This document shows positions 35,328 to 44,501 of a DNA stretch of 64,000 nucleotides, one piece after another. Below the pieces are notes generated by a model. It was given only the letters and a program-made list of their open reading frames with translations, searched no databases and was not told the origin of the DNA. Position numbers and translations under genes: made by a program. How positions within the stretch are numbered: position 1 is the first letter of the stretch; the number at the start of each line of letters is the position of its first letter. The stretch is from assembly GCA_004764695.1 (NCBI GenBank), contig SMSO01000007.1, forward strand, positions 496,001-560,000. Reading direction: 5' to 3'. This DNA is from Schizochytrium sp. TIO01 (lineage: Eukaryota; Protista; Bigyra: Labyrinthulomycetes).

Positions 35328-36479
35328 ATGTCTTCTTTATCATCGACTTCTACTTCTGGTCCCGGTTCTCGATCGCGAACTGAGTACGAGTTGGTTTCTG
35401 CCTCTGTGGAAGTTGAGGATGCACAAGACTCGAGTTTCGTAGCTCCATACGGCGACGATGAGTCTTCGATGGAGACACTTGGCTTGACCTCTGAATCGCA
35501 GAACTCCAAGTCTGTGTGCCTTCTGCGAGCTCCACCGCAGAGATGTTCTCCATGCGGACCCGTACGTATGGTGGGGAGCTTGATGATGGTTGTTGTGATG
35601 GGTTTGATTTTAATTTCGTACGTGCCGATCGTGTATTATTATGGCGATGGAACTTCTTCGGGCGCATGGATTGTTATTGTATTTCACGTGTTAATTAGCT
35701 TCACAATTGTGAGCTATTTACAGACTGCGCTCACGGACCCTGGTACTGTGCCGATGGAGTGGCATGCACGCGTGGCCAAGATGAGCAACCATCCATATTA
35801 CAGGTGCCGCCGTTGTGACCTCTTCAAGCCGCCGCGGTCGCACTTCGACTCTGTAACACAGCGCTTGGTATTGAACATGGATCACTTTTGTCCTTGGGTA
35901 AACAACTGCGTGGGGTACTATAATCGTAAGTTCTTTATTCAGTTCGTAGGATACACGTGCATAGCGGCCATTTATGCGAGTGTGTGCTTATTTTTCCTCA
36001 TCCAGAATGACCGTGTGGCTGGTTTGCGATTGCACATTTCTTCGCATGGAGCCGTCAAGGCAGAACCAACGTATGACAAAAGCGCCGGAGAGATGTCATC
36101 TGGAGCTGATAGCAGCAGCGGGGGCAATAGTATTCAAAGTATTTTGGATTCGATCATGGGTGACTCAGATTTCTCGTTGGCCATGATGACTTTGCTCGCT
36201 GCGGTAATTGATGGTGTTTTCTCGATTTGCCTCGCCATCTTCTTTGGTGCACACATGTGGATGGCAGCTCGTAACCAGACTTCGATCGAAGGCATTATGT
36301 TCTCTCGCCAGTTTGACTTGGGTTACAAGCAAAATTTTCAACAGGTGTTTGGCAAGAGGCCTTTGTACTGGTTTCTCCCGTTATATGGCGATGGGCCTGT
36401 TGGTGATGGCATCCACTGGCCGCTTGCTGATGGATCATGGGCCGGTTTGACGGAAGATCGGATTGATCGAGCTGTATAA
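35328..36479 (+). CDS. DHHC-family protein S-palmitoyltransferase (DHFC variant), 383 aa
   Basis: Four hydrophobic TM segments, TDPG motif, CRRCDLFKPPRSHFDSVTQRLVLNMDHFCPWVNNCVGYYNRKFF, TTxE-like NQTSIE, and FDLGYKQNFQQVFG (PaCCT-like). Confidence 0.92.
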   Translation: MSSLSSTSTSGPGSRSRTEYELVSASVEVEDAQDSSFVAPYGDDESSMETLGLTSESQNSKSVCLLRAPPQRCSPCGPVRMVGSLMMVVVMGLILISYVPIVYYYGDGTSSGAWIVIVFHVLISFTIVSYLQTALTDPGTVPMEWHARVAKMSNHPYYRCRRCDLFKPPRSHFDSVTQRLVLNMDHFCPWVNNCVGYYNRKFFIQFVGYTCIAAIYASVCLFFLIQNDRVAGLRLHISSHGAVKAEPTYDKSAGEMSSGADSSSGGNSIQSILDSIMGDSDFSLAMMTLLAAVIDGVFSICLAIFFGAHMWMAARNQTSIEGIMFSRQFDLGYKQNFQQVFGKRPLYWFLPLYGDGPVGDGIHWPLADGSWAGLTEDRIDRAV

Positions 36480-37567
36480 TATAAAAAATGCACCGTTGGT
36501 GATTGAATACTATCTAGATGGTGACGACGCATGGGTTCAGGGGTTTATGAACTTGTTGTTCTCCCTTGATCCCTCCCATCGCTTCGAGTAAACCAAATAC
36601 TGCATAGCAACCCTTTCTTTAAAGACTAAAATGCGTTCGGGTCATTAGACACTGTTGTTGTTATTTAGATTCAATGTCAAAGTTGCACTTAGATTTGTGT
36701 AGATCTGTTTTGTTCTCTCTCTTTGTTTCTGCCTACTTTTTATTCCTTTATCAGAGAGGCCATAGTTTTCACTTTGGGTTGGTCGGATTTCACCTAATCG
36801 ATTAATTTCGTCTCACAAAAAATGGGACAGTTTAAACGCTGTGCACCTACATGCTTATCAGCTATTGTATTGCATGAAGAGTCACTTCCCGCTATATACA
36901 AAATCACTAAGATGGACTACAATCTAATAGCCGAGAAACATTGACCTTAGAGACCGTGAGTTTAACTTTATTCTTCCCTTTGTTGCTTTGTTCATTTCTC
37001 TTTAAAAGTATTTTACAGAATCTCACCCGAGTGGCCCCATCCCTGAATGTCACTGCTTAGAGGCTATCAAACTCTTTTACTTGAATGAATGTACCTTGTC
37101 TCTTAGAGTCTAAGAACATGGTATCTGGCCAATTTCGATTTTTAAAAGTTGCGAGAGTCTTGTATTCTACATCTAGATATTTCAGGAGCATAAAGTTTAG
37201 AGGCGAAATCTAACTGTATATGGGCCTCGCCTGGCCCATTCAAGTAATTTACTTTTGTTTAATTTCCCAGATTGATGATTTTGGGGGAATCGTGGCAATT
37301 AATAAGTTTGAGCGTCTTGTGCCAGATAGCCACCACGTTTTCTCGGTATCTCTTTATATGTCAGAAATACCTTCTTGATTATAAATATACTTTTACTGTT
37401 ACCCAAGAAAGAACATACTACTACTCCCTAGGTACTACCTTGTGCTTGCTTCTGACAACGGAGCCGCAAGCAGCCTCCGCTTCGGGGGGCTCGGCCTATT
37501 TCTATTTCCATATCCGGCATGCCTCCATTTATGGTGCCTTCCAAGCTTTGCTACTTCCAAGCTCAAC

Positions 37568-37596
37568 CAACAACAACAACAACAACAACAACAACA
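37568..37596. repeat. (CAA)n microsatellite
   Basis: Directly visible. Confidence 0.85.
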
Positions 37597-38404
37597 CGAG
37601 CAAGTTGACTTTGCTTGCTCTGTGCTGCTGGAAACTCACGCTTCAAGTTACTCGTACCAACAACCTTTCAGCACTTCACGCCCGGACGTTCCATCTTTCA
37701 CATTTCCGCAAGAGTTTCCTTCTACAGTTCTACAGCAAATGAAGCAAAACACATTTTCGCCTCGCCTACCAAGGACTCCATGGCGAGATTGATGCCCGCA
37801 ACTTGTTGGTCACTGTATTTTTTTCTCACAATGTTCAGTTCTCTTCCATCGCAAACAAAAGAAAAGGAGATGGAAATCCACCACCATCAATAAAGCCCCG
37901 CGGGCTTTGGGCCCGGAATGCGCCACAAGCGATCATACGGTCAACTTGGCCAACTAAGTCGTACCTACCCAGTCACCGTCTACGTGCCCAGATAACCAGG
38001 CACGCTCATGTGCAGCGCTGTATTCCTCCGTCAACTGCTGCACCCTCGTAATCTCCACGGAGTCTGTTCTCTGGCGCGATGGTGTCCATGCTCCACACTG
38101 TCTCGACCTCGGAACGTTGCTGCGGCCCCGGTGTGGCTGAATCCCATTGATCCCCATTGTGTCTCAAATGGTGCTGCTGCTGATGTCCGCATTCTTCCTT
38201 TCGCATCTGTAGTACCTACAACAGAAGAGGCAAAGAACGGAGCTCACGCGAAGTCAGAGAGGAATGAGTGAGTGTGTCTGCGTACGTATGTATCTAGTTA
38301 TGTATGTATATGCAGTATGTACACATGGTCGATAGATCTGCAAGATGGAGCAGTGCACGTGTGTTTCTCTCAGGGCCTCTTCGCACTGACACTGACACTG
38401 AGAG

Positions 38405-38497
38405 TGCATTGCATTGCATTACGTTGCATTGCATTGCATTGCGTTGCATTGCATTGCATTATGTTGCATTGCATTACGTTGCATTGCATTGCATTGC
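38405..38497. repeat. Degenerate (TTGCA)n microsatellite
   Basis: Directly visible, with TTACG/TTATG/TTGCG variants. Confidence 0.92.
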
Positions 38498-39729
38498 GAT
38501 GGGCGCCAGAAGGCCTTCCTTCATCAGTTCATAGGAACGACCAGAGTACCACCACCAAACTTCACTTTACTTTTGGAAGGCGGCACGATACACAGTACCT
38601 AGGCACGCAGGTGCCTCCGGACCTCATCGACGAAAACTAAAACAGCCTGCGAGGTGCCGACGACGATGCAGCCCAATAGCGCAGGCCACGATGTCACGAG
38701 CATACCGCGAGGCCTTCCCTTCGCGGCGTTTCTGCAGTCGCGTTGTCGGCTCTGCTCGAGTTGACAGAATTGGTCGGTTCCCAATCGGTTCTGCTACTGA
38801 TCCCTGTTCTTTTCAATCAGTCATTGTCCTCCTCCTCCTCCTCCTCTCAGTGACCGCAACCAATGACGAGAGACGAAAGAACAGGTGAGAAAGAAAAGAA
38901 CGCCGCCGCAGAGAAGAAAGAGAAGAAAAGAGAAGAAAAGAGGAACTCAAGTGAGGTGAAGTCTTCTTCGCCCTTTAGTTTACTTCAACTCGACTGAATA
39001 GCACTCTCTTACCGTAAACGCTAGTAGCTTTGGTGTTTAAAACAAAGAACGTGCGGTCGGGAGCGCCGTCGAAGATAAAGGTCTAGGCAGTAGGACATAC
39101 CTATCCGGCACTAGTCCTGCGGAGGGGAAATAAGCAGAAAAGGAAAGGACAGCTGAGAAGGGATCAATTGAAGAGAAGATGATGCCTGTGTCGTTGAGGG
39201 CTGCATGTGCGTGTGTGGGAAATACGGGCTTATAAGGTGGTGTCTTGGCGCTATTGATTGAATAGGACGTGCCAAGGTCATTGGCACGATCGTGACACAG
39301 ACTTGGATCCTGTTTTTCGAAGATCCATTGCAGTTTGTTTCTTTCCATCTTTGTTTTTCATTTTTATCTTTCATTTTGTTTAGTTTGTTTTATAGAGTAT
39401 TTTTAGTTCCCTGGATCTGACTAGTGAATGACTATACCACATTAAGTAGCGAGGTCTTTTTAAGTGAGGATTTTAAGAGTTAATTTTTTTTTTTAAAGAT
39501 AAAAAATAATATTGAAAAAAAGAAAAAGGTATTTTGATCGCTTTGCATTGTCTGCAGCATTGCCTTCAAAACGCGATCTTCTCCTGTAACAGGCACCCTG
39601 TTCCGCTCTGCTGTGTTGCAGCAGACGTCGGTTCTCCCCGTCTTCCTTCGATCTCTCTCCCCCTCACGCTCTCTTTGCTTCTCTGTCCCGCTTCCCTCCC
39701 CGTCGTTTCCTCTTTGTTGCAACAACATC

Positions 39730-41100
39730 ATGGCGCCCATCCTCATGGAGCCTCTGCCGCGTCCTCTTGACGCTACCTGGCGCGTGCCCGGCTCCAAGAG
39801 CATTACCAACCGTGCCTTGATCCTTGCCGCCCTCTACGACGGCGTCACCGAGCTTCGTGGATGCCTCCACTCCGATGATACCAAGCACATGCGTAATGCC
39901 TTGGTTGCTATGGGTATCGAGATCGAGGTCGACGGCACCACCCTCAAAGTCCACGGTGGCGTGTCCAAGCTGCGCGCTCCTTCCTCCGATGTCTTCATTG
40001 GTAACTCTGGTACCTCCGTGCGTTTTCTGACTGGCCTTGCCGCTCTCGTTCCGGGAGACGTGACTTTCGTCGGCGATAAGTACATGGCTGTACGTCCTCT
40101 CGGCGACCTCGTCTCCGCTCTGCGCCAGCTCGGCGTTGAGGTCGACTGCCCTACCGGCTGCCCTCCTCTCACTGTCCACGGTAAGGGTGGCCTCGAAGGT
40201 GGCCGTGTCACGATGAACGGCAGCAAGAGCAGCCAGTACTTTTCTGCTCTCATGCTCATGGGTAGCTACGCAAAGGGTCCCATGGAGATTCAGGTTGAGG
40301 GCACTCTTGTCTCCCTGCCGTACGTCAAGATGACCATGCAGATGGTTGAGGACTTTGGCGGCCGTATTGAGCACCATGAGGAGTCCAACTCCTTCACTGT
40401 GCACGTTCGTGCCGAACCGGAGGCTGACAAAGAAGCGACCCGCGAGAAGGTCTACGTTGTTGAGCCGGACGCGTCAACAGCAAGCTACCCTTTTGCACTG
40501 GCAGCCGCGACCGGCTCGAAAATTGAGGTGCCTGCAATCAATGAGAAATCTATTCAGGGCGACTTTGGCTTCGTGCGCGTGCTGGAGAAGATGGGTTGCA
40601 AGGTGATCACAAGCGAGGGCGGCACTATCGTGGAGGGCCCTCCCAAGGGAGAGCTCCAGGGTGTTGACATGGACATGCACCACATCTCGGACACTGTCAT
40701 GTCCCTGGCAGCCATCGCGCCTTTGTGCAAGGGCGAGGTCAAGATCACCAACGTTGCCAATATCCGCATTAAGGAGACTGACCGCCTCGAGGCTACCGTG
40801 AACGAGCTCAAGCGTTTGGGCCAGGATGTCGAGAGCGGTGATGACTGGCTGATCATTAAGCCTGGACAGCCCATCCAGCCGGCCTCCATTGACTGCTACG
40901 GCGATCACCGCATGGCCATGAGCTTTGGCATTCTCGGCAAGGCAGTGCCTGGTGTCACCATCACAGACCCGGACTGCACCGCCAAGACCTACCCTGAGTT
41001 CTTCAAGGATCTTGATGCTCTCTGCGCAGAGGTCGACCCGGATGAAGCGGACCCGGATGTCCCCGACTCCAAGCGTGTCAAGACTGACGACGCTGAGTAA
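39730..41100 (+). CDS. aroA: Monofunctional 3-phosphoshikimate 1-carboxyvinyltransferase (EPSP synthase), ~456 aa
   Basis: ATG at 39730. Motifs VPGSKSITNRAL, GNSGTSVRFL, RPLGDL, SSQYFSAL, SLPYVKMT, EPDASTASY, DMHHISD, RIKETDRL, YGDHRMAM and CTAKTYPEF. Very strong codon bias. Confidence 0.96.
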   Translation: MAPILMEPLPRPLDATWRVPGSKSITNRALILAALYDGVTELRGCLHSDDTKHMRNALVAMGIEIEVDGTTLKVHGGVSKLRAPSSDVFIGNSGTSVRFLTGLAALVPGDVTFVGDKYMAVRPLGDLVSALRQLGVEVDCPTGCPPLTVHGKGGLEGGRVTMNGSKSSQYFSALMLMGSYAKGPMEIQVEGTLVSLPYVKMTMQMVEDFGGRIEHHEESNSFTVHVRAEPEADKEATREKVYVVEPDASTASYPFALAAATGSKIEVPAINEKSIQGDFGFVRVLEKMGCKVITSEGGTIVEGPPKGELQGVDMDMHHISDTVMSLAAIAPLCKGEVKITNVANIRIKETDRLEATVNELKRLGQDVESGDDWLIIKPGQPIQPASIDCYGDHRMAMSFGILGKAVPGVTITDPDCTAKTYPEFFKDLDALCAEVDPDEADPDVPDSKRVKTDDAE

Positions 41101-42168
41101 ACTAGACACCCAAGCCTGTGCTATTGTCTCAACCCCTCCGCTCTTACCTTTTTACATTTAGCTTTGACAGCCTTAGACTACTCAACTGCATTCTTTGGCC
41201 TCTACTGATCACGATCACGGAGATTCGTGTATGGACTATGGGTCGGCACCGTGCTTTGTGGAATCACTCACACAGCATTGTCCACGACGGAAAGTTCTGT
41301 CTTGATGTTCCGGGAACTAAGCAGCGAAACATTTGGAACAGACTCGGCCATTTAATCGTTCGCTGGCCTCGGTCTGTCTGAGGTCTATTGAAAAAGTCCT
41401 CCCGCAAGCAGCCATCATTCAGACTCTTTTCTCAAAGACCGATGGTTGCAGGAATGTATCTTTATGTGTATCTACCAGCCACAGGACATGACACTACATG
41501 TCACGCATGGTTGATAGGTCAACCGATACACTTCAAAAATCCCTCTCATTTGCACTCGATCAATTGATAACCCTCATATCTTGTTTATTTTGATTCTTTT
41601 TGTTTTGATCATATTCGTTGGCACATGAACAGGTATTTACAATTTACTATACAATCGATGAAATCCATCATCCTGAGTCAAGAATTCTTCATAATTTCCA
41701 ACTTGCGGTTGAAGTCAAACTACTCTTCTCTATGACATGGTGGTAGAATTGTAATAGGTAGTATCGAGTACCCATAAGAAGAAATCTCATTGACAGAATA
41801 GCACTCATGAAGTAAAGTTTTTCTTATATCAGTGGGAGATAGCGAGTAGCGTCCCAGGTGATATATAAGCAGCATCGCTATGTCTGCTCCAGCACTCACA
41901 GATTTACACTATAGAGAGACTTTGATCACCGTCGATCCATTCCCAAAATTTAATGATACTCCCTTTAAATTCTCCAATTTGTCGCCGTAGCAGAACCCAT
42001 GTCATCTCATCTCATCTCATCGTCATCCTAATTGAACGGCTTAACCTATCCAAAGCAAGCTAAGCGTAAATTGACAGTGGCATTTTTGGAGTGAATAACC
42101 CTCAAAGAAAATGGTTAATTCCTTATTCACTAAGAGGTTAGGCCCAGAGTTGCGAGGGGCGCAAAAAG

Positions 42169-43329
42169 TTGCGTGTTCTTTTAGGTTGCACCAATGTATC
42201 AACTCTCAAGTTGCATGCTTTATTGCATATGCATGACCAAGTGACATTCGTTGGTGGGCTCAGCGCAGCTGGCGCATCCACTTTCGAGCACTGTCATCTA
42301 TTCGTTGCAAAAATCACATTTTTTTTTAACAATAAAGCTGGCAAAGAGTTACAAATGCTCCATCCCCATATTGAGTTCGATGCAGCTCAGATGACCACAC
42401 CTGCAGCAAAACCTTCTCCAATCCAACATGTAACATTTACTGGCGCTTTATCTGGCACCCCGTTCCTCAAAGCATCTAAAATATCAGAAGTAGCGACCGG
42501 CAAGTGGGGCAAAGATGCTTCAACCAAGTCTCACCAATCAACAAGCCCTTGCAGAAGCTATTCACAATCAGTTAAAGCAAAAATTTGATGAACAAATGTC
42601 TCTTGAGCTTTATCTTAAAGCCAAACTTTGCGGCCGCGTTATTCTTGCGTTATTCTTGCGTCGCGCAACACGAATAAAGCACCATCGTTGTTGTTGACAA
42701 GAGAAGGCAATCTATACCTCCCAATTGGATTCCCTTGTCTTCCCTTCGAGTTCCGCAAGGGAACACGCCAGAAAAGGAAGCACCCCTTATGGTGCCCATA
42801 GTGTATTGCTGTCCGCGTCAACCATGGCAAAAATATACATGAAACCGTGGCAAGATATTTAAATCTAGGGAAACGTTTAGATGGGTTTGGTATAGTAAAC
42901 TTAGCGGATAGTCTTGCAATCGACGATACAAGCATCAACATCTTAGACATGGAAACAGAAGTTTCAGGGGGACAATCCTTCTTCCTTGATCCTCCACCTA
43001 ATACACCAAAGGCAAACACATACGTGGTATTTTGGCCTGATGGGTTTTCTGCACTGCCAAGCTCTGGTAAGTACCCATTAGCAATTCAAAAGCAGCCAAG
43101 CAGCAAGTCAAATGACGAGTGCGACAATTTCACAGGCCACGAATTTTATCAGCAAATGCTTAACGAGAAGAACGCCATGCGAGATCTAGAGTCTGGGAAA
43201 ATACTATCCAGGGCTGTGTTGCAAAGCAAAAACACAATGTATATGAGCAGTTCTGCTCAACAAGTATCAGGCGGTTCTCAACATAATTTGTTCAAGCGCT
43301 CTCCAAGCTTTCAAGTCTGTCCAGATTAA
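42169..43329 (+). mobile_element. Decayed Plavaka/CACTA(CMC)-type transposase 3' fragment
   Basis: STLKLHALLHMHDQVTFVGGLSAAGASTFEHCHLFVAKITFFFNNK...LQML matches the C-terminal signature K(L/F)HxxxHxxxxIxxFG...(F/S)ExxH...K..(Y/F)...NK....QM of Plavaka/CACTA-like transposases. Broken by stops and frameshifts into ORFs 42169-42588, 42515-42697 and 42847-43329. Confidence 0.6.
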
Positions 43330-44501
43330 AAATAAAATATAGACAATGTCATTTTAAAAACTTATACTATGGTGCCTCTCTAGTGCTCCGCCAATGACAT
43401 TCACTAAAAGGCCTCGTTGTTTTGTTGATTGTTTTACTTAAGCTGGTAGATCTCTTTAATGTGTTGTGGTTTATTTTCCCTCAGGCTCGTCAAAATATCG
43501 GATGGGCCCAATCCCCCAAAATTTAGAGGGTTCTGCTATTGAGATCAGAGAGATTGCTCTTGAAGTTTTTGTAGTGCCCCTAAAGGTTCGTTCGATAACC
43601 CCCCCCAACAAAATCACAGGGTTGGGCAACCCATTTCGAGAGTCGTACGTACCCGTCGAACTTCAACAACACAAACATTTTTTTGATTCTCCGACGTCCA
43701 TTCATATCAGTATTTCCTTTGCCGTGGCGTCCACGTTGTCATTTCATCGAGACTACCATGCTGATGCCCACCAGTAGCGCAAAGCAATGTTTCGAGGTTC
43801 TCGATGGAAACAAAGTTTGCAGAACCACAGAAGGTACGTCAAATGCGTTCCCGTTCTCGTTCTGGACGGAGTTTTCTCTAGTCAGCAGTAAGCCCTCTGT
43901 ACCAGTCTCACTAGGCCTCCATATGCACAAAACTGTAGTAGTAGTGTCTACAATGTAAAATCCGTCGTTAGAATTTGGTTCCTTCTTCTCTCTTTGTTTT
44001 TTCCCTTTAGGCCCTTGGGGAATAGCAGTCCTTATTGGACTCTTAGGCAACTCATTCCGTAGGGATCGAAGCGATGGAAAAGGATTCTCATCATTGAGTT
44101 GAGAGCGATGCCGCACAAGGAGTCATTTGAGGCGAACTCGAAAGATTTGTCACGAGGAGCAAAGCGTTGACGAGAGCCCGATGGAGAAACACGGGGTCGA
44201 CGTAGGTCGATCGAGTAGCTGGCGCAGAGTAGTGAACACGCAGATGGAGTTTACCCTGACTTTGGTTTTCATGGGAGGCAGTGAAAAAAATGGGAAAAAA
44301 GATTGATCAATTTGGGCGAATGAAAGAAGCAGTCAGATACGTAGGAAGCAAAACCAATTAGCAAAGCGGCAACCTACAGAGCGAGCAGCGTTAGGTGCGC
44401 AGCATTCGTCGCTCTTATTTCTGTCCTCTGCGTGTGCGTCCACGCGAGGCTATTCTCTGGGCGCTTGTTTTAAAGCGTCTTCCGATCCACCGACATCCGC
44501 C

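Noticed and set aside
39613-39729. Ser/Pro-rich in-frame extension upstream of aroA resembling a plastid transit peptide
   Set aside because: It starts at a non-ATG codon and simply reflects a CT-rich 5' UTR; no signal peptide.
39664-41109. Long antisense ORFs over aroA (also over 44642-45970, 50667-51896 and 32892-33524)
   Set aside because: Shadow ORFs caused by strong codon bias of the sense genes; no recognisable motifs.
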